Origin: an uncultured Clostridia bacterium
GTDB taxonomy: Bacteria > Bacillota > Clostridia > TANB77 > CAG-508
Direction: 5' to 3'
NCBI GenBank assembly: GCA_944386385.1
Contig: CALXAV010000005.1
Location: 1,914 to 65,913 of the forward strand
DNA length: 64,000 nucleotides
Part shown: one piece after another, positions 47,400 through 57,427 of the stretch
How positions within the stretch are numbered: position 1 is the first letter of the stretch
How the letters are laid out: each line of letters starts with the position of its first letter
Made by a program: the position numbers and the translations under genes
The notes under the pieces: generated by a model
What the model saw: the letters and a program-made list of their open reading frames with translations, nothing else
Database searches by the model: none
Told to the model about the DNA's origin: nothing

Positions 47400-48332
47400 T
47401 TGAAAAAAGAAAGTATTGAAATGATGCAAGAATTATGCCAAGAAATGGATATAAAATTAGAAGAATTATCTTATGGTTGGATTTTTAAATTATCTAAAGA
47501 TGGTAAGGTGAAATATATAACAGGAAATTTTGACATAAACAAAACAGCATCAAGTAAAATTGCATCTGATAAGTATGGAACATTTGAAGTGTTAAAATCA
47601 CAAAATATACCAGTAATAAAACATACAATGGTTTTTAACCCAGAAGAAAGAAAAGAGTATGTAAAAGAAGAGGAAGTTTGGGATATTGTTTATAAGGAGC
47701 TTGATAAAGAAAAGAAGATAGTTGTAAAGCCTAATTATGGATTTGAAGGAAAAGGTGTGTTTTGTTGTAATAGTATTAACGAGTTAGAAGAAGCGGTTAA
47801 GTTTTTATTAAATAGAAACAGTTCTATTAGTGTATGCCCTTTCTATGATATAAAAAAAGAGTACAGAGCTTTTTATTTAAATGGTAAAATTCTATTGATT
47901 TATGAGAAGGAAAAGCCTTTTGTTATTGGAAACGGTAAAGATAATGTTAGAACTTTAACAGAGAAATTAAATCTTCCCAATAATGATGTAGTGAAAAATA
48001 ATTTAAAGAAAATAGATATGAACTATATACCAAAAGAAAATGAAAAAATAGAACTTTCATGGAAGCATAATCTATATGGTGGTGCTACTGCAAAAGTAAC
48101 GAATAAAAGGGATGAATATTATAAAAGAATAGAGAACTTAGCAATCGAAAGTGGACAAGCACTTGATATGACATTTGCGACTATTGATATTATAAACACT
48201 AAAAATGATGAATTATATGTATTAGAAATAAATTCAGGTGTTGCAGCAAGTATATTTTCAAGAGTAGTAGAACACGGAAAAGAATTAACTAAAGAGATAT
48301 ATAAGAAAGCATTGATAGATATTTTTAAATAA
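47400..48332 (+). CDS. ATP-grasp fold ligase-like protein
   Basis: KKIVVKPNYGFEGKGVF...YRAFYLNGK...YVLEINSGV. Confidence 0.6.
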   Translation: MKKESIEMMQELCQEMDIKLEELSYGWIFKLSKDGKVKYITGNFDINKTASSKIASDKYGTFEVLKSQNIPVIKHTMVFNPEERKEYVKEEEVWDIVYKELDKEKKIVVKPNYGFEGKGVFCCNSINELEEAVKFLLNRNSSISVCPFYDIKKEYRAFYLNGKILLIYEKEKPFVIGNGKDNVRTLTEKLNLPNNDVVKNNLKKIDMNYIPKENEKIELSWKHNLYGGATAKVTNKRDEYYKRIENLAIESGQALDMTFATIDIINTKNDELYVLEINSGVAASIFSRVVEHGKELTKEIYKKALIDIFK

Positions 48333-48333
48333 G

Positions 48334-48361
48334 TAAGTATTTTTCTCCAAGAACAAGCATA
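48334..48361 (+). repeat. 28-bp direct repeat, left copy
   Basis: TAAGTATTTTTCTCCAAGAACAAGCATA, identical to 49737-49764. Confidence 0.9.
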
Positions 48362-48494
48362 TATATTATGGGATTGTTCTTGGAATTTTTTAACAAACAA
48401 ATAGATAGCAAAAACTTATTTGAAAATGAAAGTTTTTGCTATGAAGAGCAAAAACTTGACAAAATAAAATTATTATATTATAATAAACGTGGTG

Positions 48495-49712
48495 ATGAAA
48501 TTGAAACCAAAAATTATATATAGAGAAAATTATATGAATAAACTTAATTCATATAAAGATAAGAAAATAATAAAAGTTTTGACAGGAATAAGACGATCAG
48601 GAAAATCAACAATTTTAAATGAATTTAAAAAAGAATTAATAGATAGTGGAGTTTTAGAAAAAAATATAATATCTATAAACTTTGAAGATAATGATAATAA
48701 AGAATTATTAGATTACCAAAAATTACATGATTATATAATAAAGAATACAGATAAAAAATGTATGAATTATATTTTTTTAGATGAAATACAAAATGTAAAT
48801 GAATTTCAAAAGTGTATAGACAGTTTGTTTTTAAGAGAATATTTAGATATATATATAACAGGATCTAATTCTTATATGTTATCAGGCGAACTTGCTACAT
48901 ATTTAACAGGTAGATATATACAAATACACGTATTACCTTTATCATTTAAGGAATACATAAGTTATTACGGCGAAGGGGACGAACTAAAAAAATATAATGA
49001 ATATAGTATGTATGGAGGATTTCCATATTTAATAAACTTAGAAAATCCAAATGAGAAACTAGAGTATCTAGATAGTATTTATAGTACAGTAATAATAAAA
49101 GATATAATAAACAGAAAAAAAGTAAAAGATGTAATGATTTTAGAGAGTATATGTAGGTTTTTATTTGATAATATAGGTTCAAATGTATCTACAAAAAAAA
49201 TAAGTGATACATTGGCTTCGAATGGAAGAAAAAATTCAGTGCATACAATAGAAGAATATTTAAGTAGTTTATTAGAAAGTTATATATTGTATAAAGTAAA
49301 TAGGTTTGATATAAAAGGTAAACATTTATTAAAGACACAAGAAAAATATTATTTATCAGATTTAGGACTAAGAACATATTTACTTGGAAGAAATTATAAT
49401 AGAGATTTAGGACATATTTTAGAGAATATAATATTTTTAGAGTTAAAAAGAAAAGGTTATAGAATTTATATAGGAAAAAATGATTCCAATGAAGTTGATT
49501 TTGTAGTGGAAACCAATGATGAGTATATTTATATTCAAGTGGCGTTATCTGTTAGAGAAGAACAAACGTTAAGAAGAGAATTAAAATCATTAGAGACAAT
49601 ACCAGATCATTACAAAAAATATTTAATAACATTAGATTATGATACAAATAATTATAATGGAATAAAACAAATAAGTGCTATAGATTTTCTACTAGGAAGA
49701 GCCCAAATATAG
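48495..49712 (+). CDS. AAA+ ATPase of the COG1373 type (AAA_14 + DUF4143-like)
   Basis: IKVLTGIRRSGKSTIL Walker A, FLDEIQ Walker B. Start is uncertain (GTG 48489 or ATG 48495). Confidence 0.75.
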   Translation: MKLKPKIIYRENYMNKLNSYKDKKIIKVLTGIRRSGKSTILNEFKKELIDSGVLEKNIISINFEDNDNKELLDYQKLHDYIIKNTDKKCMNYIFLDEIQNVNEFQKCIDSLFLREYLDIYITGSNSYMLSGELATYLTGRYIQIHVLPLSFKEYISYYGEGDELKKYNEYSMYGGFPYLINLENPNEKLEYLDSIYSTVIIKDIINRKKVKDVMILESICRFLFDNIGSNVSTKKISDTLASNGRKNSVHTIEEYLSSLLESYILYKVNRFDIKGKHLLKTQEKYYLSDLGLRTYLLGRNYNRDLGHILENIIFLELKRKGYRIYIGKNDSNEVDFVVETNDEYIYIQVALSVREEQTLRRELKSLETIPDHYKKYLITLDYDTNNYNGIKQISAIDFLLGRAQI

Positions 49713-49736
49713 AAAATAAAAGTAAAAAACAACAAA

Positions 49737-49764
49737 TAAGTATTTTTCTCCAAGAACAAGCATA
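49737..49764 (+). repeat. 28-bp direct repeat, right copy
   Basis: Identical to 48334-48361. Confidence 0.9.
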
Positions 49765-49796
49765 CAATTAAAGTAGCTTGAACTTGGAGGTTTTTT

Positions 49797-50570
49797 ATGT
49801 TTTTAGTATTTAACAAACAAAAAATAGTAACATATTTTATATCAGTGCTTACAGTTGTCTTTTTATTCTTTGTTGCAAGTACGTTAAATAAAGAAAGTGA
49901 AACTGTAGAGACGTCGGCATCTGGAGAGAGATTATTACCAATATATAATGTGGAAACAGATGAAAAAAAGGTAGCATTTACGATGAACTGTGCTTGGAAT
50001 GCTGATGATATTGATAGTATATTAGAAACATTGGAAAATGAAAATGTAAAAATAACTTTCTTTATGGTAGGAGAATGGATAGATAAATACCCAGAGGCAG
50101 TAGAAAAAATATATAATGCAGGACACGAAATAGCAAATCATAGTGATACACATAAACATGTAAATAATTTGAGTTATGAAGATAATGTAAAGGAAATAAA
50201 ATCAGCAAATGAAAAAATTAAAAATATAACAGGAGAAGAAAACAAACTTTATAGAGCTCCATATGGAGAATATAATAATACAGTTATAAAAGCAGCAAAA
50301 GAAAATGGGTATATACCAATTCAATGGAATCTAGATACATTAGATTATACAGGAATAACAGGAGAAGAAATGTGGAGTAGATTAAAAGGAAAACTAAAAG
50401 AAGGAGATATAATACTTAGTCACAATGGAACAGAGCATACGGCAGATTCTTTGGGTATGTTATTAAAAAACATAAAAGCAGAAGGTTTTGAAGTAGTAAA
50501 AGTATCTGATTTAATTTATCAGGACAATTATGAAATTAATATAAATGGAACTCAAATTAAAGATAAATAG
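49797..50570 (+). CDS. Polysaccharide deacetylase (NodB homology domain)
   Basis: VAFTMNCAWNADD...ITFFMVGEW...GHEIANHSDTH...YRAPYGEY. Confidence 0.85.
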   Translation: MFLVFNKQKIVTYFISVLTVVFLFFVASTLNKESETVETSASGERLLPIYNVETDEKKVAFTMNCAWNADDIDSILETLENENVKITFFMVGEWIDKYPEAVEKIYNAGHEIANHSDTHKHVNNLSYEDNVKEIKSANEKIKNITGEENKLYRAPYGEYNNTVIKAAKENGYIPIQWNLDTLDYTGITGEEMWSRLKGKLKEGDIILSHNGTEHTADSLGMLLKNIKAEGFEVVKVSDLIYQDNYEININGTQIKDK

Positions 50571-50627
50571 TATAAGTTGGGAAAAATAGGGAACTATAAA
50601 AATATAAAGAATTTAAGGGGTTAGAAA

Positions 50628-51173
50628 ATGACTTTTATTGGAATGGTTTCAGATTATACAAGTTTTGAAAATATCAAAGAGATATTAAAAAAGAATGAAA
50701 AAAATGATATTAACTTAATTCATATAGGAAAGAAGAGCATCAGTAATATAAAGAACATAAGGTTTGAAACGATAATTATAGATTCTATTTTAAATGAATT
50801 TAAAGAAGAAATATTGCTAATAGAAAATCTATGTTTACATGCAAAGTATATAGCAATAAATACTGATATAAATACTAAAATACCAAAGTTTATAAAAGAT
50901 TCTAAAGCTCATATTATAACTTATGGTTTAAATCAAAGAGCAACAGTAACAATATCTAGTATAACAGAAAGTAGTATTTTAATATATTTACAAAAAAACT
51001 TAAAGGATATAAAGGGAAAAAACATTGAAATAGGAGAAAAGATGGTAAAAATGAGTGAAGAAAATAGGTTAAAAACATATGAGGTTTTAATAAGTTATAT
51101 CATTTTTCTAATAGAATCCAAACCCATAATGGAGCAAACACAGGAAAAATCTAACTTTTTTGAAGAAAATTAA
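50628..51173 (+). CDS. Hypothetical protein
   Basis: RBS AAGGGG. No family recognised. Confidence 0.5.
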   Translation: MTFIGMVSDYTSFENIKEILKKNEKNDINLIHIGKKSISNIKNIRFETIIIDSILNEFKEEILLIENLCLHAKYIAINTDINTKIPKFIKDSKAHIITYGLNQRATVTISSITESSILIYLQKNLKDIKGKNIEIGEKMVKMSEENRLKTYEVLISYIIFLIESKPIMEQTQEKSNFFEEN

Positions 51174-51280
51174 CTTTTTATGTAGACAAAACCAAAAAAA
51201 AGGTGTATAATAGAAAATGTAAGTTAAACCTCAAGGAAAAATATACAATTGATAAATTATGAAAATAGGAGGAAAAGGAA

Positions 51281-51982
51281 TTGAATACAAATTATTTAGA
51301 AAACAACTATTTAACATTAGTTGGAAAAGTTACAGGAGAGAAAAAATTTAGTCATGAGATTTATGGTGAAAGTTTTTACGTATTTAATTTAGAAATACCA
51401 CGTTTAAGTGGAAATAGTGACATAATCCCAATAACAGTTTCAGAAAGACTAATTAAAGAAGATACATTAACTGAAGGTAAAAAACTATTAATAAAAGGTC
51501 AATTTAGATCTTATAATAGTTATGAAAACGAAAAGAACAGATTAATTTTAACAGTTTTCGCAAAAGACATAGTAGAAGTAGAAGAAAATGAAGAAGATGA
51601 AGAAAATGAAATGGTGAGAAAAGATACAGTAACAAACGAAGTAGTATTAGTAGGTTATATTTGTAAAAAACCAATATACAGACAAACACCATTTGGACGT
51701 GAAATATCAGACCTATTACTTGCAGTAAATAGAGCATATAATAAATCTGATTATATCCCATGTATAGCTTGGGGAAGAAATGCTAGATTCTGTCAAAACT
51801 TAGAAGTTGGAACAGAAGTAAAAGTAGTAGGAAGAGTTCAATCAAGAAATTACGAGAAAAAACATGAAGATGGAACAGTAGAAACAAGAGTTGCTTATGA
51901 AGTTTCTATTGGAAGTCTAGAAGTTATAGAAGAAAAAGATGATGAAAAAGAAGCAGATACAGAAAACAAAGAAGCTGTTTAA
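51281..51982 (+). CDS. SSB-like protein with two OB-fold units and an acidic tail
   Basis: TTG start after AGGAGGAAAAGG. NEVVLVGYICKKPIYRQTP...IPCIAWGRNARF...VKVVGRVQSRNYEKK. Confidence 0.55.
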   Translation: MNTNYLENNYLTLVGKVTGEKKFSHEIYGESFYVFNLEIPRLSGNSDIIPITVSERLIKEDTLTEGKKLLIKGQFRSYNSYENEKNRLILTVFAKDIVEVEENEEDEENEMVRKDTVTNEVVLVGYICKKPIYRQTPFGREISDLLLAVNRAYNKSDYIPCIAWGRNARFCQNLEVGTEVKVVGRVQSRNYEKKHEDGTVETRVAYEVSIGSLEVIEEKDDEKEADTENKEAV

Positions 51983-52085
51983 TATAATATAAAATATAAA
52001 ATGTAAAAAGTTTCAAAAGACTATCTTTTTGAAACTTTTTTATGTTATAATAAGAATCAGAATTTTTATTTAAAGGAGACTTTAT

Positions 52086-53786
52086 ATGGAAAAACAGCTA
52101 ATTAAAAACAAAGAAGAGAAAAATAAAAAATCAAGGATAAAATCAAGTACTAAATTTACAATAATGGCAGTAGTGTTAATTGCAATTTTTTGTTTAGCGC
52201 TAACACCTGTAACTTTACAAAATGACACATATTATACAATAAAAATAGGAGAGCATATTGTAAATGAGGGAATAGATATGCAAGACCCATTTTCTTGGCA
52301 TGAGGACTTACCATATACATATCCTCATTGGTTGTATGATTTATTAACATATCTGATTTATAATGCATTTGGAATGACAGGGATATATGTTACAACTTGT
52401 ATATTATCTGTAATATTAGGATTGTCTATTTATACAGTAAATAGAAAACTATGTAAAAATCAATTACTTTCTTTTTTAATTACAATAGGAGTAATGTATT
52501 TAATAAGAGGATATATTGCAGCAAGAGCGCAACTTGTAACATTTATACTATTCATATGGACAATATATTTTATAGAAAAATTCTTGGAAACAAAGAAAAA
52601 GAGGTATGCGGCTGGATTAATAATAATTCCTATACTTATTGCAAATTTACATGTAGCAGTATTTCCATTTTATTTTGTACTTTATTTACCATATATAGCA
52701 GAATATGTAATTGCAGTTATATCTGAGAGTATTATATATAGGAAATCAGAAGTAAGAAGATTAAAATTAAAAATAAAGTTATTATCTAAAAAACCCGAAA
52801 ATAGTGAAAAAGTAGAGAAATTAAAAGAAGAATTAAAAGTATTATTAGAGAAAATAGATAAAGTAAAAGTAAAAAGAACAAAAGAATTACAAAATCCATA
52901 CAAATTAAGATTAACTAAGAAAGATGCAACTAAATGGCTAATATTAATATTTATAATTTGTTTATTTACAGGATTACTAACACCAATAGGAAATACGCCA
53001 TATACTTATTTATTTAAAACAATGGAAGGTAATACTACACAAAACATTAATGAACATTTACCAATGACACTTGCAAATGATACAGAAGTAATTTGTACAC
53101 TTATATTATTTTTGGGAATAATGATATTTACCAAAGTAAAAATCAGATTATGTGACTTATTTATGATAGGTGGTTTATGCTATCTAATGCTTGCAACTAG
53201 AAGACAAGTCACGATGTTTGCATTAATGGGCTCTGTAATACTAAATAGAATGTTAATGGAATTAATAAAAATATATACAAAAGAAAATATAGAAGATGCT
53301 GTTAAGAAATTAACAAAAGTTGTCGGAATATTAATTATATCTGTAATAATGTTGGGATTTAGTTATTATATGGCAAAAGATAAATTTGATGATAACTTTA
53401 TAGATGAAACAACATATCCTGTACAAGCATGTGACTATATAATAGAAAATATAGATTTAGGAAAAGCTAGATTTTATAATGAATACAATTACGGAAGTTA
53501 TATGTTATTTAGAGGAATTCCTGTATTTATAGATTCAAGAGCAGATTTGTATGCACCAGAGTTTAGTGGAAAAAAAGATGATATATTTATGGATTTTATA
53601 AATACTTCAAATATAGGAGAATTTTATGAAGATACATTTGAAAAATATGATATTACACATGTAATAACTTATAAGAATTCAAAGATGAATATGATAATAA
53701 CTAAAACAAATGATCCAAAGTATAAAGAATTATATAGTGATAAATATTTTGTTGTTTATGAAAGATTACAAAATGTAGAAAATTAA
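52086..53786 (+). CDS. Polytopic membrane protein, possibly a GT-C-type glycosyltransferase
   Basis: More than 10 TM segments with a soluble C-terminal domain. Family assignment is tentative. Confidence 0.55.
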   Translation: MEKQLIKNKEEKNKKSRIKSSTKFTIMAVVLIAIFCLALTPVTLQNDTYYTIKIGEHIVNEGIDMQDPFSWHEDLPYTYPHWLYDLLTYLIYNAFGMTGIYVTTCILSVILGLSIYTVNRKLCKNQLLSFLITIGVMYLIRGYIAARAQLVTFILFIWTIYFIEKFLETKKKRYAAGLIIIPILIANLHVAVFPFYFVLYLPYIAEYVIAVISESIIYRKSEVRRLKLKIKLLSKKPENSEKVEKLKEELKVLLEKIDKVKVKRTKELQNPYKLRLTKKDATKWLILIFIICLFTGLLTPIGNTPYTYLFKTMEGNTTQNINEHLPMTLANDTEVICTLILFLGIMIFTKVKIRLCDLFMIGGLCYLMLATRRQVTMFALMGSVILNRMLMELIKIYTKENIEDAVKKLTKVVGILIISVIMLGFSYYMAKDKFDDNFIDETTYPVQACDYIIENIDLGKARFYNEYNYGSYMLFRGIPVFIDSRADLYAPEFSGKKDDIFMDFINTSNIGEFYEDTFEKYDITHVITYKNSKMNMIITKTNDPKYKELYSDKYFVVYERLQNVEN

Positions 53787-53806
53787 TTAGAAAGAGGCAA
53801 ATAAAT

Positions 53807-54736
53807 TTGAGAACATTTATAGTAGAAAAAGAATATGAAGGAAATAGAATAGATAGTTATTTGGCAAAAAAAGATGAAGATTTATCAAGAGTAGCAATAC
53901 AAAGACTAATAAAAGAAGAAAAAATATTAGTAAATGGGAAAAAGGTAAAAGCATCTTATAAAGTGCAAGAAAATGATAGCGTAACATTAGAGGAAGAAGA
54001 ACCTAAAGAGATAGAATTGAAAGCACAAGATATACCAATTGAAATACTTTATGAAGATAACGATATAATAGTTGTAAATAAACCAAAAGGATTAGTTGTA
54101 CACCCTGGAAACGGAAATCCAGATGGAACTCTAGTAAATTCTTTAATGAATATTTGTAAAGATTCTTTATCAGGAATAGGTGGAGAAATAAGACCGGGAA
54201 TAGTTCATAGATTGGATAAAGATACATCAGGAGTAATAGTTGTTGCTAAAAATGATAAAGCTCATATTAATTTAAGTGAACAAATAAAAAATCATGAAGT
54301 GGAAAAAACTTATATAGCGTTAGTAAGAGGAATAGTAAAAGAAAATGAAGCAACAATAAATATGCCAATAGGAAGAAATAAAAATGATAGAAAAAAGATG
54401 GCTGTTGAAAAAGACGGAAAAGTTGCAATAACAAACTTTAAAGTATTAGAAAGATATCCAAAAGATAATTGTACTTTATTAGAAGTAAAAATAGAGACAG
54501 GAAGAACGCATCAAATAAGAGTACATTTAGCTCATATTGGGTATCCTGTAATTGGAGATACTACGTATTCTAATGGTAAGAATAAATGGGGAGTAGTTGG
54601 ACAATGTCTTCATGCAAAAAGATTAAAGTTTAAACACCCAACAACAGGAAAAGAAATGACAATAGAAGCAGAGCTACCAGACTATTTTAAAGATATTTTG
54701 AGACAATTGGGGGACGGGCCTTTTTTGTCTCACTAA
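53807..54736 (+). CDS. rluD: RluA-family 23S rRNA pseudouridine synthase (RluD-like)
   Basis: S4 domain followed by VVNKPKGLVVHPG...HRLDKDTSGVIVVAKN...GRTHQIRVH. The last 8 codons are encoded by repeat copy E. Confidence 0.88.
   Translation: MRTFIVEKEYEGNRIDSYLAKKDEDLSRVAIQRLIKEEKILVNGKKVKASYKVQENDSVTLEEEEPKEIELKAQDIPIEILYEDNDIIVVNKPKGLVVHPGNGNPDGTLVNSLMNICKDSLSGIGGEIRPGIVHRLDKDTSGVIVVAKNDKAHINLSEQIKNHEVEKTYIALVRGIVKENEATINMPIGRNKNDRKKMAVEKDGKVAITNFKVLERYPKDNCTLLEVKIETGRTHQIRVHLAHIGYPVIGDTTYSNGKNKWGVVGQCLHAKRLKFKHPTTGKEMTIEAELPDYFKDILRQLGDGPFLSH
54698..54732 (+). repeat. GGGACGGGCC-loop hairpin, copy E, overlapping the rluD 3' end
   Basis: TTGAGACAA-TTGGGGGACGGGCCTTTT-TTGTCTCA. Homologous to copy D at 11138-11169. 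Confidence 0.75.
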
Positions 54737-54746
54737 TGGAGGAAAA

Positions 54747-55478
54747 ATGGAAAAAGTAAGATTACAAAAATATTTAGCAAATTGTGGGATAGCTTCAAGA
54801 CGAAAAGCAGAAGAGTTAATTACAAGTGGGAAAATTAGTGTAAACGGAAAAGTTATTACAGAACTTGGAACAAAAATAAAACCAAGTACTGATAAAGTTT
54901 TATATAACGGAAAAGAAGTAAAAGAAGAAAGCAAACATGTATATATATTATTGAATAAACCAATAGGATATGTAACAACAGCAAAAGACCAATTTGATAG
55001 AGATTCTGTAATGGACTTAGTAAAAGTGAAAGAAAGGATAGTTCCAGTAGGAAGGCTTGATATGTATACTTCAGGTGCACTAATTTTAACAAATGATGGG
55101 GATTTTGTGTATCAAGTAACCCACCCAAAACATGAGATTGAAAAAACTTATACAGTTACAATAAAAGGAATTGTAACAAATGAAGAAGTAGAAAAATTAA
55201 GAAAAGGTGTTGAGATTGATGATTATATAACTAAAGAAGCCAAAGTAAAAATCTTAAAAACAGATGAAGAGAAAAATCAGTCAAGGTTAGAAATTACTAT
55301 TCATGAAGGAAAGAATAGACAAGTAAGAAAGATGTGTGAAGCAATTTGTCATAAAGTTTTAGCGTTACATAGAAGTAAGATTGCAGGGATAGGAGTAAAA
55401 GATTTAAGCTTAGGAAAATGGAGATATTTAACTAAGCAAGAAGTAAATAAAATTTTAAATCAAAATGTTGAAAAATAA
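54747..55478 (+). CDS. RsuA/RluB-family pseudouridine synthase
   Basis: S4 domain (RLQKYLANCGIASRRKAEELI), then LLNKPIGYVTT...GRLDMYTSGALILTNDG...GKNRQVRKM. Confidence 0.88.
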   Translation: MEKVRLQKYLANCGIASRRKAEELITSGKISVNGKVITELGTKIKPSTDKVLYNGKEVKEESKHVYILLNKPIGYVTTAKDQFDRDSVMDLVKVKERIVPVGRLDMYTSGALILTNDGDFVYQVTHPKHEIEKTYTVTIKGIVTNEEVEKLRKGVEIDDYITKEAKVKILKTDEEKNQSRLEITIHEGKNRQVRKMCEAICHKVLALHRSKIAGIGVKDLSLGKWRYLTKQEVNKILNQNVEK

Positions 55479-55529
55479 ATGTATTATATATATAATAAAA
55501 CAAACATAAGATAAAAGGAGAATCAACTA

Positions 55530-56330
55530 ATGAATACATTAAAGTTTGAACCAGAAGGCTGGAATAATGAAATTACAAAAGTAGATAAATCTAATTTAAA
55601 AACATACATGGAAAACCAAGAAACATTACAAGGATTAGTAAGAAATTGTGATGATAATTATAATTTATATGTAAAATTTGAAAATGGATTAGTGGGAAAA
55701 ATACCACGTGAAGAAGTAGAAGCAATAAAAACAGAAGATAATGGACTTCCAAGGACAAATTTATGTGTAGGAAAAGTACATAAATTTGTACAATTTAAGA
55801 TAAAAGATGTAGAAGATGATGGAATTATATTATCTAGAAAACAAGTACAAAATGAAGCAATTAACTGGGTTAAGAATGACTTAGAAGTAGGACAAAAAGT
55901 AGATGGAATAGTAAAAAATATAAAACCATATGGAGCTTTTATTGAAATTGGAGGAGGCATTGTTGGATTAGCTCACATTGAAGATTTATCTGTTGCAAGG
56001 ATAAAGTCACCTTACGAAAGGTTGAAAATTGGACAAAAGCTTGAAGTTGTGGTAAAATCTATAAATAGAGAGCAAGGAAAAGTAATTTTATCTTATAAAG
56101 AACTATTGGGGTCATGGGAAGAAAATGCCTCAAAGTTTAAAGCAGGAAGTAAAGTTAGAGGAAAAGTAAGGGAAACAGAGAAAAATAAAAATGGTATTTT
56201 CATAGAACTTACACCTAACTTAGTTGGAATGGCAGAATATGAAGATGGACTGGAATATGGGCAAGATGTAGATGTCTATATTAAAAAAATAGACTATGAT
56301 AGAAAAAAAGTAAAATTGCTTATTGTATAA
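55530..56330 (+). CDS. S1 RNA-binding domain protein
   Basis: GQKVDGIVKNIKPYGAFIEIGGGIVGLAHIEDLS and further S1-like repeats. Confidence 0.75.
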   Translation: MNTLKFEPEGWNNEITKVDKSNLKTYMENQETLQGLVRNCDDNYNLYVKFENGLVGKIPREEVEAIKTEDNGLPRTNLCVGKVHKFVQFKIKDVEDDGIILSRKQVQNEAINWVKNDLEVGQKVDGIVKNIKPYGAFIEIGGGIVGLAHIEDLSVARIKSPYERLKIGQKLEVVVKSINREQGKVILSYKELLGSWEENASKFKAGSKVRGKVRETEKNKNGIFIELTPNLVGMAEYEDGLEYGQDVDVYIKKIDYDRKKVKLLIV

Positions 56331-56349
56331 AACAAGAGGAGGAATAAAG

Positions 56350-57285
56350 ATGGTTGAAGATGAAGAAATAAAAACTAAAGTATCACCATTTGCAATAAGA
56401 GAGGGAGAAATAAAAACATTTGATGGTAAAGATGGATATGTTTCAATGAATCAAATTGTACATAAAATAAATATTGGACATATTAATGATATTCATTTTG
56501 CTATCTTAGATTTAGTAAATGAGTTTGAATTTATAACATCAAGACAAATCTATCAAATGCTAGAGATTAAAGGAGTCGAGATTAAATCTCAAGATAAATT
56601 AAATAATAAATTAGATCAACTAGTAAAATCAAAGATTTTAACTAGATATTACTTTAATTCTGAAGAAGGTAAAGGAATTTATCGTATTTATTGTATGGAA
56701 AAAATGGGTAAATACTTATTAACTTCTCAAGAAAAAGAATGTAAATGGCAACCATCTGATAACACAAAACCAGTTGCTATGATTAAGAAAAGATTAGCAG
56801 GAAACCAAGTTTTAATTGCTTATTTAAGAAAAGTAAAAGCTTTTGACGAGTTTACTGTAAAACCAACATTAACAGCAAAAGTTGCAGGGAAGGTATTCAA
56901 AGCAACAGGTGGTAGTGTAAAACTTACTAAGAATAAAAAATCTATTCAATTTGTATTTGAAGTTATTAGAAGAGAATTAGATTGGGAGAAAAAATTAGTT
57001 GAAAAAATGAGATTATATAAAGACTTCTATGAGAATTTTGTCCCAGGTGATTCTGGATTTTCAGGAATGCCACAACTAATACTTGTTTGTGAAGATGAAA
57101 GACATATGGCAGAAACTTTCAAAGAAATTGTAACAAATCAAGTAGAAATACCTCAAATAAAATTATATTTTACAACTGATTTAAGACAAAATGAAGAAAC
57201 ACTAGAAAACACTTTAGTAGAATTTAAACTAGTAGATGGTAAATACAAGATGGAAAATGTAGAATTAAAATTATTGGGTATGTAA
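56350..57285 (+). CDS. Hypothetical protein with an N-terminal winged-helix, possibly replication-relaxation family
   Basis: ATG at 56350 follows AGAGGAGGA. ILDLVNEFEFITSRQIYQML...LVKSKILTRYYF. Family call is tentative. Confidence 0.5.
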   Translation: MVEDEEIKTKVSPFAIREGEIKTFDGKDGYVSMNQIVHKINIGHINDIHFAILDLVNEFEFITSRQIYQMLEIKGVEIKSQDKLNNKLDQLVKSKILTRYYFNSEEGKGIYRIYCMEKMGKYLLTSQEKECKWQPSDNTKPVAMIKKRLAGNQVLIAYLRKVKAFDEFTVKPTLTAKVAGKVFKATGGSVKLTKNKKSIQFVFEVIRRELDWEKKLVEKMRLYKDFYENFVPGDSGFSGMPQLILVCEDERHMAETFKEIVTNQVEIPQIKLYFTTDLRQNEETLENTLVEFKLVDGKYKMENVELKLLGM

Positions 57286-57427
57286 ACTTAATGAAAAATA
57301 TATTAAAAACTTTTAGGATAAAAGATAATGGATAGTTTAAAATATCCAGTTTCATATTAGAAAGACTTTACAATCAAGTTTAATAATGATAATATTATTA
57401 TTAAAGAAAGGTTAAAATGGTGAAAAA

